A stretch of DNA of 63,371 bases, the filler included, from Globobulimina sp. (lineage: Eukaryota): the NCBI GenBank assembly GCA_003354225.1. It is 30 parts of 30 records of this genome, joined end to end, with 100 filler letters (N's around TTAATTAATTAA, not from the genome) between each part and the next. Parts side by side here need not be neighbours in the genome. Positions count along the whole stretch, not along the records: positions 46,555 to 48,569 come from PIVH01009742.1; positions 48,670 to 50,684 come from PIVH01009743.1; positions 50,785 to 52,799 come from PIVH01009744.1; positions 52,900 to 54,914 come from PIVH01009745.1; positions 55,015 to 57,029 come from PIVH01009746.1; positions 57,130 to 59,143 come from PIVH01009747.1; 24 more parts are not named here. One strand, given 5' to 3'. Below, piece after piece: positions 46,704 through 59,243 of this stretch. How positions within the stretch are numbered: the first letter of the stretch is position 1; the number at the start of each line of letters is the position of its first letter. The notes below the pieces were generated by a model that saw only the letters and a list, made by a program, of their open reading frames with translations, did not search any database and was not told the DNA's origin. The position numbers and the translations under genes are program-made.

Positions 46704-48550
46704 TTGGAGGATTTATGTAATGTAAATAAGCGCTTTGATTTTACAAAATATTCATTTTCTTCATGGATGAATAGTTTCCCGTCATTACAAAGAACAATAT
46801 CAGGTATAATCAGTTTATCCTATGACGATTTAATGGAAAAATATAAAACAAAAATGCCGTCATCTTCCTTAAACACCATGTTAATATTCAACCGGGTCGG
46901 TTCTGTACTGTCTCCCAACACAATCTTAAAAGCGGATATTCCCAAAAAACTGCAAAAGTCGTTCCGCAAATTAAAATTAAACGAACATCTAAGCTCTATA
47001 AAATTTAGATTATTGCAAGATGTGGGCATTGCCACCGTCAGTCAGCCACCGAGTGCTGTCATTAGATCCATATTGAAAAATAAACTAAAACAAGAGGGAA
47101 AGAAGGAAAACAACAAAGTAATATGGATAGACCTACGCGAAGAGCCCATATTATATATCCGCGGCAATCCGTACGTAGTCCGAAATTATAACCGGCCCTT
47201 CCAAAGACTGCCGGAATTTGATAACTTATTAACCGCACAGCAAATAAACGACATCGCTGAGAGAGTGAAAGTGGACATAAAACAAGAAGCGCTGGAGAAT
47301 GACAATAAAATGTTGGTGCATTACGAGACTGAATATCATGAACTAAAAGAGAGCACATTGCCCATTGACATGACCAATGAGAATGAAATACAAACCACGC
47401 AGCAAATATTCGAAGCGTTGCGACACGAAGGATATAATATCACTTATCAGAAACTGCCATTTAATCCGAAGAATTCGTTGGATCCGACGCAGGTTGAACG
47501 CTTAGGCAACGCCATATATACACACATCGAAACGGACAGTATCATTATATTCAATTGTAGACAAGGTCTGTTCTATAGAAAAATACATAAAAACTGTATA
47601 TTTTGTGTTTGTGTAACCAGGCATTCATAGATCAACGGTTGCTGCAATATTAGCCATCTTAATAGCGTACCATGTGGGGACTCTAACGTATGTGCATGAG
47701 GATGATGAATTGGAGCACGCCTTCAAATCCAACAGATTCCACCAATTGTATAGCAAATCCGTGACAGCTACGCCTATTAAGCATATATCACCGAAAATGC
47801 CGTTAGTAACACCGCCTACCATTGATTTGACAGCGGCTGAGCTAAAATGCGACAGTGATGATGGTGATGACCGTGATGATGGTGGATCTTTGCGGAGCAG
47901 TCCACCATTGGACGAAAACGAGGACGATGACACGGAAAATGATACGGAATGCCGTGCAGTATTAGCATTGATCAGGATATTACGCAAAGGACTGGCTATG
48001 AAACGGCAGATCGATAATGCGATTGAGTCGTTTAGCGAGTACTACCACGTTAAAAATGCCATTTATGAATCACGGGCAAAATGGGAGAATGCACGGACCA
48101 AAGAAGAGAGTCAAGCGTATCTACAGAAAGCAATGCGACATTTGCGGATATATACAAACTTAATATGTTATAATGCGTATCTGAATGAATATTATTATGC
48201 CAAGGAATACAACGATACGGTGGCCCACAAATATAAGTTATTGTCGTTTACGGAGTGGATGCAAAGTAGACTGGAATTGAGCCTGTGGTTAAATAAAATG
48301 AATTCAAATCCGCAGTTGGCGCTGTCTATGAATAGCATGGATTTGGATGACGAACAGGAGGAGAAAGGCTATTCGCAGGTGTTTCATCAACGGGGCAGAC
48401 GTTCGAGTGTGTTATCTGGCAATGCCATGTTGAAAGTGGACTATTTTCCAGGCTGCGCCAAGTTGCAATCGAATCCCGAGGCTGAGAATGCTATCAATTT
48501 TAGATATATCGATTCTGTTGGCGTTGCTGGAGTGGCTATACCAACCAGTT
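46704..48550 (+). CDS. Paladin-like / PTP-like phytase-domain phosphatase (partial; intron 47566-47620)
   Basis: WIDLREEPILYIRGNPYVVR; splicing gives CRQGIHRST (CX5R); next repeat begins LKVDYFPGC...NFR...GVAIPT. Confidence 0.88.
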
Positions 48551-48847
48551 AAAGATGTTTTTTTTTTTGNNNNNNNNNNNNNNNNNNNNNNNNNNNNNNN
48601 NNNNNNNNNNNNNTTAATTAATTAANNNNNNNNNNNNNNNNNNNNNNNNNNNNNNNNNNNNNNNNNNNNAATGGTAAGAGAATGATGATCAATATGGTTT
48701 GAAAATGCAAGCTTTCATATCCAAAGAACGTTTTCACTGTTAATAATCTGTCAGATACTAGTCAGAGAAATATAGCTCTAACAAAAATGTATGTACTCTA
48801 TTATATGATCGATTGATCGGAAGTATACTCAATGCACACACTCAAGG

Positions 48848-50584
48848 ATGGATGAAATACCATTCTGGTTTAAATACCCACATTGCTTGACATTTATTTG
48901 TGTTATATTTTTACCAATATTTATTTATCAAGTATTGAAAGGTGTGTTTAGTGCAAATGCAGGACCCAAACACAATCGTAACAAATCCGCCGCAAAATTT
49001 AGTTTTGCAACCAAATATTTTTTATTAGCCGCAGTATCCTTCTCCTATTCATATGTGGTCACAACATCTACACAAAGTGCATTAATGTGGATCAATGTAA
49101 ATAAGCTCAATTCATTCGATCCATCACTATGGTGTCCTTTATTTGCATCGTATCGAATGTTTTCATATGTTACAGGTCGATCGCTATTATATTGTTATTT
49201 TATATATCGAGTAAATGACATTTTCAATGGAACATATTTAGAGTTTACAACATCTGTAAAATATGGATTACTTTCATGGATATATTGTACAATCGCATCA
49301 ATTGCAGTATCCTCTTCATACGTTTATTTTGCGTTGGAATCTTGGATAATTCGACCTGATCAAAATGGCAATGGATCCTATTGTCAATCAGATGGCGCTG
49401 CAGCTAATTACATTCGATATATATTTATGTTTGGCTCATTTAGCGATATGGCATTTGCCATCGGTACCATATTTATGATGGTGTCTCGCTTATTCCTTTT
49501 ATTAACAGACAATGAACGGAAAAAATTGATTGGTCAACACTATGAATATCATTCCAGTAAAGGTTTGTCGCATACAAATTGGTTTAATACTCTGTATTTA
49601 TTTTAGTATTAATATATGTTACGTTTATGATTTGCAGATGAAATTAATTCGCAATCACCACCAGAATCATTGCAAGTGGCTACTATCTCCTCATTGGAGT
49701 CGGCAAATGGTTCAGGTTCACCAGGTGGCTCTGGTGTGGATAACTCGCCATTGCCATTCCCAGATCCATGCGTTGAGGATCTCGACGAAAAAACAAAAGC
49801 ACAGAGTCTACAAATACAAAAAAGACCGGTTGTTGTATCAAAAGCAGATGCAATCGATTTCCATGATAAAACATATGGTGATAATAAATTAATATTCCTC
49901 ATCAGTAAATTTTTCACGATCTTAAGGTATACAGTGTAACTGTAAGGAATTAAATAACTTGCTCCAGGCAGTGATGTTTCATACTATAAATATATACAAA
50001 CTTGTTTTAAGTGGCTATTAGTGTTAACTGTACATTTGTATATATTTAAAATACTGAAATCAATTGGTAGAATTTGTCGATTTTTGCGATAAAATAAGAT
50101 TCTCTGTAGAATGCATGGTGATAATCGACAAATTCTATGCAAATTAAACGAATTAAGCACTGTGGTGATATCAAGCCAATTGGTATTATTTATCTTTATG
50201 TTGTTGCGAGACTATGTGTTAATATTATATTCAGCGGATACAATAATAAATATAACATGTCTTTGGTTGTCATTTAGTTTCAGCGATGGTTATTATAATA
50301 AATATTTTTGTGGTCGTTGTTGCACGAAATGTTGTTTTCCATTTACAAAAGCCTTAGCTTTAACATGTAGTCAATATGAAACTAGCTATCAAGAATCACA
50401 TAATATGGATAGCTGTGTTGCAAATAAATGTTGTATTTTTTGTAGATGCTGTTGTTTTGCATCGTGTAGATACCAATTAGCACCAAAAGAGATATACCAA
50501 TTAGCAAAATTAGAAATTGAATTATTGTATCCGCTGAATATAAAATTAGAAATTGAATTAATGATCGGGACAAATAAAAAATAA
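48848..50584 (+). CDS. Seven-TM GPCR-like membrane protein, multi-exon (one intron 49563-49637)
   Basis: Five TM helices in the first exon with YCYFIYRV; long intracellular loop; final helix DTIINITCLWLSF and Cys-rich tail. Confidence 0.7.
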
Positions 50585-50797
50585 GGTTAATCATCAATTT
50601 TAAATATAATTATTATTATTGATTGGTTTCTTGGTAACGATGTACCCGTAAAAGTTAAAAAATGATCAAACGTTTCTATAATATNNNNNNNNNNNNNNNN
50701 NNNNNNNNNNNNNNNNNNNNNNNNNNNNTTAATTAATTAANNNNNNNNNNNNNNNNNNNNNNNNNNNNNNNNNNNNNNNNNNNNAAATTAATCTAAA

Positions 50798-52490
50798 TCA
50801 TTTCAATGGATGTTTCCATTGAGTTTGTTTGGTTGTATTATTTTGATAAAAAACCCTTTTATCATCAGTAAAAACTTTAACCCATCCCTTTGGTAACGGT
50901 CTTAAATCCTCAGCCTCCTCATCATCTGTTGGAGTATGTGTTGGGACAATATGATTTAAATTGCTCATCTGTTCAGTTTCTGCACTTTGTACAATTTGTT
51001 TAGTCTCATTTTTTTGTGTTTTTCGACGACACAAATATACCAACACAATAATTACTACCAACAACAAAATACACGAACTTGTTGGTGATTTACTGCTAGT
51101 TGTCGTTGTTTGTATTTGTATATCGCCGTCACAGGGCACAGCTACATATACATTATTTACAGGTGCAGACCATAAGGAAGCCAAACATTGACTATAACTC
51201 CATAAAGTGAGTGCCTTTGGTAATAATATTTGAGTCAATTGGAACCAATCTGAATTTATATACATTGCAACATCTTTATTTATCATAAACAGGAAATACA
51301 ATTCATCATTATTTGGGTCATAATCATTATCTCCGGAATATGACGCATCAAATAAAACTAATATCTCCGGAATATGACGCATCAATAAATTGATTACAAT
51401 CTATATCATCTACGTTGGAATTGATTCGTTCTTGTAATCGTTGACATAAATTATAAATCATGATATTATCCCATGTTTTGTAAGCAGTATTTACTGGATT
51501 ACCATAATTCCATTCACACAGCAAATCATAATCACCTTCTTGTATTTCACCGAATGTCATTGTAATATCGTCAATTAATTCAGCACCACCTCCACATCCG
51601 CAACACGTTTCTAATCCATTAAAACCAGTCAGTATTGCTTTTGATTCAATTTCAGAAACACTTATACTTTCCGCAATACTCACATTGTTACAATATCCTA
51701 ATACGTTTCTATGCGTATATGCATAACATGCGTCCCCATTAATATCACTCCAATCCACTGGATAATCAACACAGTAATGTTTAAAACCCACAAACGCAAT
51801 ACTTGAGTCACCATTGCTATTCATATTTATTGTACATTGTTTATCAAATAAATAACATCTGTATGGCAAGGTATCTTGCCTATAATTTACCATTTGGCAT
51901 TTCCCGCCATACATGTATTTATATTTACATTCCGCAATGCATTCATCATACGTAATATCGTAAAAAATCGGTGTCCGCTCTGATAAATCTGAACATAAAT
52001 AAGATCCATTCACTTGTATCATTGTATACGGTGATATTGTTGGATCTGCGGATGGATCTGTAGTTGGACTGTTTGTAGTCGGTATTTGTGTGGGTGTATT
52101 GGTTGGGTATGGTGTGGGTGGATATGTGGAACAAATAAATATTGTTTTATATGCTTCAAACAGACAATGATTTGTAGTCCACGAATATATGGTATTTTGA
52201 CCATTTGATCTAATTGCACCGCAATCATATGATAAATCCGCACTGTTACTCCATCGATAATATCCAACATCACTACCATCAGTCCACTCATATCCATTCT
52301 GAAACATTTGTGTTAATCCAATCCAACATAATGTATCCGGCGCTGTTCTGCTGCATAATTCTTGTGCTTGTTCCGACTGTTCATAGTTTGTTATGGATGC
52401 TAAATGTGTGCCTAACATACGTTGGCAATACGCGTCAGCTTCCGCAAATGTAGCAGTATGGTTAAATAACGTCAATGAGCCATCCGGACT
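50798..52490 (-). CDS. C-type lectin + PAN/apple-like + TM + WW domain receptor, interrupted by a 34-bp duplication
   Basis: HLASI..CWIGL..WTDGS C-type lectin domain; TYDECIAEC; TM helix; PLPKGW...VFYQNNTTKQTQWKHP WW domain. Confidence 0.82.
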
Positions 52491-52899
52491 GGTTGCTTTG
52501 TAGTCGAATCAAAACGTTTGTTGTCTGTCAAAAGCGTTTCTAAGAAATGTAGAACATACCCAATGCATTTATAGGTGCCAAAAATGTCAAATCAAGAGGT
52601 TGCGTCCATGCTGGATTCCCATTGCATATAAAATGCCATTGTTCGTTACATTCAGCACGCGCCCAGACGTTAGCTTGGAAAGTTCGGAGTGTCTAGCAAT
52701 GTGCATTTGTAGTGCTCGGTAAACTAACCTCAGAAAAATTATAGGGCTGACCATCTGACCAAAAGAAATGGCCGTGCTGATACTCATCAGTTAAACCAAN
52801 NNNNNNNNNNNNNNNNNNNNNNNNNNNNNNNNNNNNNNNNNNNTTAATTAATTAANNNNNNNNNNNNNNNNNNNNNNNNNNNNNNNNNNNNNNNNNNNN

Positions 52900-54274
52900 C
52901 TTGAACTTGGCAGTCATCAATTTCAAATCGACATTGCGTCGATAAAACAGCAGAAACAAGTTTTAATTCTAACACAGCCAATTTCGATCCAAGACACTTT
53001 TTAGTGCCTTTTCCAAAAGGAAGCCATCCTTCATATTTATTCACATTTTTGTGAATGAATCTATTTGGATTAAATTCATACGCATTTTCGAATTGATTTG
53101 CAGATCGACTCATTCCCACATTCGATAAACAAATAATACTGTCTTTGTCCAATGGACAATCGTTTATCCTCTCATTTTTGACCAACCGTTTGGACGTAAA
53201 TGGCACCGTAGGAACCCAACGCAAAACTTCTTGCACAAAAGCTTCCAAATATTCACATCCATCCAACTCATCATAATCAAACTCACCATTCACTTGTTTC
53301 AATTGCATACATTCCGTTTTTACTCTCATTGCAATTTCAGGAAAGGAATATAATGCAAATATGACATTATTGCAAGTCGCAGCTGTGGTATCATGCGAGG
53401 CATTGATTAATACCAATATTTGGTCTAGAAACTCTTCATTCGATAATTGAGATAACATATCAGTCTCAAATACTTTGTACATAACACACGTTTTATCCAA
53501 CTCGCCTTTACTGTATGCAACAAATGCATCATTCTTCAAACTATCCAAATGAAACAATAACTCTTTGCGTTTAACCATTGCATCACCCAACAAAGTGCCC
53601 GGTTTGTCAGCATTGCTGCCATCGATATCCATCATACCGAGTGCCCAAACCATATAAGTCGATAATAATTGAGATGAAAAATCTTTGTCCATAAAATGTT
53701 CACCAAATATTATTTTTATTGCAATATTCCACGCCCATTGTTTGGCGATGGGGAAATTGGAAATATACTCATTTGGATTGTTGCCAGTTTCAGAACATAA
53801 TGTTTCTACATATTCGTTTGTTACCTGACTTAACATATTATATCTTTCTCTTAATGCAGTTTCCAGAAAAAAAGGTTGAAAACATTTACGAATTCTTTTA
53901 TGCTTCTCGCCGTTCAGAAATACCATACTATGTTCACCCAATGCTAATAACACAGATTGAGGCCAGTCCGACACGGCGTATCCTTTGGCCTCGATATGTT
54001 TAATTGCGGCTATGGTGTCACCACGGAGCGGACATATAACATCTCTCCCAAACGATTTCATCTTCAAAAAACCTGCATAATTGTCATCATCGTATTTCAT
54101 GAATTGCTGACGAATCAAGTCGTGATCAACGCCAGTTTCTTCAGCAAAATAAGGCAGTCGAGTTTTGTCACACGATCGCGAATTAAATCGATGTGGAATA
54201 CTGTTCAACGAGTAATATGAGTAAGATCTTCTTGGAAGAAATCTGTTCACTCCAATTGTGAAACACCGTTGCAT
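52900..54274 (-). CDS. Cytochrome P450 (3' partial)
   Basis: ASHDTT I-helix, EVLR, PNRF and FGKGTKKCLG heme motif. Confidence 0.95.
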
Positions 54275-54336
54275 TATAAGTAGTGTTTTAATAGTTAGTA
54301 AAAAAACATCCAGTTTTCTTTTGTCAGCCATTGACC

Positions 54337-54914
54337 ATGTCGTCTTTATTAATTTTTTCAATGACGTTTACTGTTGCTGTTTATGGACAAAACGGATGTG
54401 CATATTTTGCTAATTATTCAACATTTAATGGTCAATTTTATGACAGTGGCTTGCAAAACAATGGTAAAAATTATTATGTAATGAACAATTCAGCTCAAAC
54501 AAATTGCGATTCATACGACCCCGTCTATGTATTTTACAACCTCGCATTTAATAATTGGTATCTTCATACACAATTACTGTCTGGCAGTGCAATCTCATAT
54601 TTTTTTTATTGCGATACAATTACTGATATCAATGATGTCTTTTCCTGTACAAATTGGAAATACAGTGATGATTCTGATGTTGGTGTTTTCTTCACATCGG
54701 GAGATTGTCCACAAGCAATTTGTGCAACAATAACTTTAGATGTCGCCGCTGGAACTTGTGCTGCGACAATGGAGCACTTACAAGCAAATCAATTTAGCTC
54801 TGCGGGCACTTCGCCGTATTTAATATATAACGAAAAACACGCCAAATGGATATGTGTTGCTGATATTGCATCGAATTGGGGATGTCAGCCAATATCTGGC
54901 TCATTCGTACAAAC
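54337..54914 (+). CDS. Secreted Cys-containing protein (3' partial)
   Basis: Signal peptide MSSLLIFSMTFTVAVYG; repeated NGxY...Y..W modules. Confidence 0.65.
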
Positions 54915-55014
54915 NNNNNNNNNNNNNNNNNNNNNNNNNNNNNNNNNNNNNNNNNNNNTTAATTAATTAANNNNNNNNNNNNNNNNNNNNNNNNNNNNNN
55001 NNNNNNNNNNNNNN

Positions 55015-56146
55015 ATTTCAATGCAATCCTTTTTAATATATTTAGTTGTAGCCAACAAATCATATGTTCTCCTCTCAATGTTATCATTTGTTGCTTTTGC
55101 AATATTAATTGATTCATTATTATCCTTATCATCATATATCCATTCAATATATGGATAGTATTTAATTAAAACACACCGATTTCTTTTCATGAAAAGATTA
55201 TTAATATTTCTATCATATTCATTTGGATTGATCTCAACGATAAAATCTGTTTTTGTGGCAAATTGATAACAGTTTCATCCGCATTATAAAATGTCTGTAA
55301 TCTTAATTGTGTGTCGGCCACAGTAAAAATAATAGCAGCAAATGTACATATTATCATCTTTCCAAATCTGTTCATGTTTAAAGCATCGAAGATGGATATA
55401 CCAACCACTACAAATATAATATTTGAAGAAAGTGTTACATCTGCAATTATTCTCAAATATTTATTACTCAATGTATACGGTGTAAATACGTATATATTTA
55501 GCAAATAAATTGATAGCGCAATTATAATGCTACAGGTTTTGAACCAAAATTCAAATGTTTTAGTAACCAATTTCAACGCATCTTTATTTGCAGAGTGAAG
55601 CAATAAAACAACAAAAAAATGCCAAGCAATTCCGCTAACAAATAATTGATACAACGGATAAATGATACTTTGATGAAAAAATAAATCTAAAATAACATAT
55701 ATCAATCCACTGATACCCCAAATTAAAGGAACCATTGGTTTATATAATATATGCACTATTTTAACTGCTATATGTTCTCCACACATTGCGTGCAAATATG
55801 TATTTGCAACATCAAATTTATAGCACATTTCATCTTCGTTAGAGAAGATTTCTTGGTTTTGTAAAGTGTTTATTTTGATAAATTCTTCCGTTTTATTTTT
55901 TTGCTGATATTTCTCAGGAGTACTAAATAATTGATGCAGTTTCTGTAATTGAATTTGATTAATATTATTATTTGAATCTGACAGAAATTCGTCCAAAATA
56001 TTGTCGACTCCTAAAATACTCACAAGTTGTAATATAGTGTTGTCATCGCTATGTGATGATTGTTGTTTGAATAGTTTATGTATAGATTTTTTAGTAATTT
56101 TCGACTCATTTGCTAATTCGTTATGAGTTGTTACTTGTAATGTCAT
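55015..56146 (-). pseudogene. Multi-TM protein with apparent frameshift near 55187
   Basis: Main ORF stops at IIFS*; a plausible continuation KRNRCVLIKYYPYIEW overlaps it in another frame. Confidence 0.5.
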
Positions 56147-56345
56147 TTTTCAATAAAATATAATCGTGAAGGAACTCAACAAAATCCACTGAAAAAATTA
56201 ATCTAAAAAACTTCAAAACACTGGAAGTGGTAACCGTTTTTATATAAAATCCGTAACGAATCGGTGAATATATAGTTATTATACTTATTATATATAATTA
56301 ATATTTTCAAAGCAGTTATAAAATTATAGCAAATTAATGTAGGTT

Positions 56346-56954
56346 TTATTCAGTTGTCTGCCGCTCATCAATGTCCATTATATGTTTAATGTTCTTTGCG
56401 TTTCTTTCTTCAAACATCAATTGAGCATCTTTTCCAATGAATAAATATATCCACAACGAAATAACAACAAAACACGTAAAAGATGGCAAATATGCATAAT
56501 ACACCGCCATTCTATTAGCGTCGATATGCATTACTGATGCACTCCAAATGAATCCAGTCAATGCCGGTCCAATTGCTCTAACCAAAGCAGCCCATGTTTG
56601 TGCCATTCCATTTGCTCTCCCAACACAACTATTTGGCACTGAGTTATTCACCCAACACATGGAAGCAACAAATATTATACTTCCAAAGCAAACGCCTGCC
56701 ATAGAATTAACAAAAGCCAATGTCAATGAGATAACTTCTGCGTTATCACTGTCCAAAATACCAAACTCATTAATTGTCGTAAATATGCTCGGCATTTGAA
56801 ACATCACCACACACATTGCAATAGCACAAATTATACACATTGGACGGAAGCTAAATCTTTTTAAAAACCACGGTTGAATAAAATATGTAAATACTAATAA
56901 ACAGCCACCCCAGAACGCCATGCAATATCCAATCAATTGCGAAGAAAAATACAA
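56346..56954 (-). CDS. MFS transporter C-terminal half (ZIFL/TetA-like)
   Basis: VNNSVP...GRANGMAQ...RAIGPALTG. Confidence 0.82.
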   Translation of the reverse strand: MYFSSQLIGYCMAFWGGCLLVFTYFIQPWFLKRFSFRPMCIICAIAMCVVMFQMPSIFTTINEFGILDSDNAEVISLTLAFVNSMAGVCFGSIIFVASMCWVNNSVPNSCVGRANGMAQTWAALVRAIGPALTGFIWSASVMHIDANRMAVYYAYLPSFTCFVVISLWIYLFIGKDAQLMFEERNAKNIKHIMDIDERQTTE

Positions 56955-57129
56955 GAATCACTTTTTGTAGACGACCTGAGGTGCTTCATTCAGTATTAAA
57001 CTGAAGAAGTTTTTAACATGTTAAGCTTGNNNNNNNNNNNNNNNNNNNNNNNNNNNNNNNNNNNNNNNNNNNNTTAATTAATTAANNNNNNNNNNNNNNN
57101 NNNNNNNNNNNNNNNNNNNNNNNNNNNNN

Positions 57130-58752
57130 GTTTATATTAATAATAATAAGAAACAATTGGAAGTACAAAAAGAAGTTGCAAACAATTTGGATAATAATAA
57201 TAATCACTTGATAATATTAAAATATTTTGATATATTTAAACAGTCAGTGGATTGTATTCAATTTGTTATGATAGATAAAGATATCACATATCATGATATT
57301 ATGCAATACATTGAACATCAATTTGTTGCACGAAATGATAAACAAAAAGAATTTTATGAATCAATCAAAGAATATATTGATAAAATGCGAATGCTGAGTA
57401 CAAATGAAGCAATGTTGGCCATTTATCATAGCATAACATATGACCATGTTGGTCATCAGAAATGGGACAAAGTTGATGATAAAGTGTTAAATAAATCAAT
57501 TTGCTCGTTATTTAAATATAACATAATTAAAGAATTAATATTTCAATTAAATCCAGAGCATCGATGGATGTTTAAATATCGCGAGGAGAGCATTAGTATT
57601 CATCCAATTGAATTTTGTGCATTTGAACAATATTTAGATACGTTGCGTAGTGTAAGAATTCAATCAAAAGTTGGTATTAAAGAATTAAAATTATTGATAT
57701 CGTCATTTAACACTGAAACAGCTGCAAAATATATAGATGACTTTAATCCGTTGTATAATGGCAAAGAATATGATAACTTGGATCGGAATGTAACATTTGG
57801 TGAATTGAGACAAATGATATCAAATGATATCAGTGATGGCACTGTGGATTGTCGTCAAATTGAGTTATTTGATCATAGCACCGGTTATGACCAGAAATTA
57901 TGTCCTTGCCATTGGAATGATCGTATTCGATCTGAAACATTTAAATTTGAATTAGTAACATATGATGTAAGTACAATAAATCATATAACGCATAGAGTGT
58001 ATAAAATTAATATATATTTGCCAGGTAATGGGCCATTTCCGTTTTATGCAAATATAAAAACACCTGTTACCATACTATATCCTAAAACGTTTTTAGTCAA
58101 AGATATTGCACGATATATATTTGATGACATTATAGATAAAGCCTTATATAAGCATCAACTAAAAGATATTTCCGATATTTATAATAAAAATAAAAATAAT
58201 TTAGATTTTATATTGAATTACAATGAATATTATAACATAATGGATGAATATAAAGATGATGGTGATGAGGATTCTGATGATGGTAATGATGTAAGCTTAG
58301 TTGGCTTACCACCGGTAATGATTGAGGCCGATTTATTTATGATAATGCGACCAAATGATTTTCGCAATAATAATACATTTTTAATTACAATACATTTTAT
58401 TAAACATCATATAAGTACACAAACTCTGACTCATTTGCAAAAATATCATTATACGATATATAAATCTAAAATGTTCATTGGATTGCCATTGGAAATACGG
58501 GTGGATAAAAATGAAAATAAGAATAATTGCTTGAGGGATATTATAAATAGTAATATGTATATAAATAAATTTAAACAATATATTCATCAAACCACTGCAT
58601 ATAAAGTAGGAGATAATGATCAAATTATCGATATTGATTTGGATAATTATAAAATACTACAAAACGAGGTAATATTATTAAAATTGTTACAAATGCATGC
58701 AACGTTAACATCGAAATCATTTGTGCATATACAATATAAAAAATCTAATTGA
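57130..58752 (+). CDS. USP7 C-terminal (UBL-repeat)-like protein, second paralog (5' partial)
   Basis: LIILKYFD, VTFGELRQMI...QIELF, FIGLPLEIRV. Confidence 0.55.
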   Translation, partial: VYINNNKKQLEVQKEVANNLDNNNNHLIILKYFDIFKQSVDCIQFVMIDKDITYHDIMQYIEHQFVARNDKQKEFYESIKEYIDKMRMLSTNEAMLAIYHSITYDHVGHQKWDKVDDKVLNKSICSLFKYNIIKELIFQLNPEHRWMFKYREESISIHPIEFCAFEQYLDTLRSVRIQSKVGIKELKLLISSFNTETAAKYIDDFNPLYNGKEYDNLDRNVTFGELRQMISNDISDGTVDCRQIELFDHSTGYDQKLCPCHWNDRIRSETFKFELVTYDVSTINHITHRVYKINIYLPGNGPFPFYANIKTPVTILYPKTFLVKDIARYIFDDIIDKALYKHQLKDISDIYNKNKNNLDFILNYNEYYNIMDEYKDDGDEDSDDGNDVSLVGLPPVMIEADLFMIMRPNDFRNNNTFLITIHFIKHHISTQTLTHLQKYHYTIYKSKMFIGLPLEIRVDKNENKNNCLRDIINSNMYINKFKQYIHQTTAYKVGDNDQIIDIDLDNYKILQNEVILLKLLQMHATLTSKSFVHIQYKKSN

Positions 58753-59243
58753 GACAACTTATTTTGTTTTTTTTTGCTTGTTTGAATGGCTCAATAATTA
58801 TTGTTTCCTGTGGTTGTGTCTAATTATATGTTATTGGTTAGTATGTATGTACAATAATCTGACAGTGAAAACAGGTCGGCGACTCGGAGTGTAGTGTTTT
58901 TGAGTACTAGAGAATGAGCATTTGTTTGAAAGAAATAGATGATTTAATTGAAATATTTAGTGAACATAAAGAGACTGATGGCATTAATTGGGACAATCAT
59001 GAAATATATTTGTTTAAACAGGAGTCTGTGGAATATACAAAAGTATTTAATAAAATGTCAACATTCTTTGTGCCTGTCTTTGAGTTTGAGTACATTACAA
59101 ATGAGTTATCATCGATAATCAACAATATTTCAGCAATATCCTCNNNNNNNNNNNNNNNNNNNNNNNNNNNNNNNNNNNNNNNNNNNNTTAATTAATTAAN
59201 NNNNNNNNNNNNNNNNNNNNNNNNNNNNNNNNNNNNNNNNNNN

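Noticed and set aside
54275-54361. Overlap of the P450 ORF with the divergent secreted-protein ORF
   Set aside because: Arises from the ORF caller's upstream starts; using ATG 54274 and ATG 54337 removes the overlap
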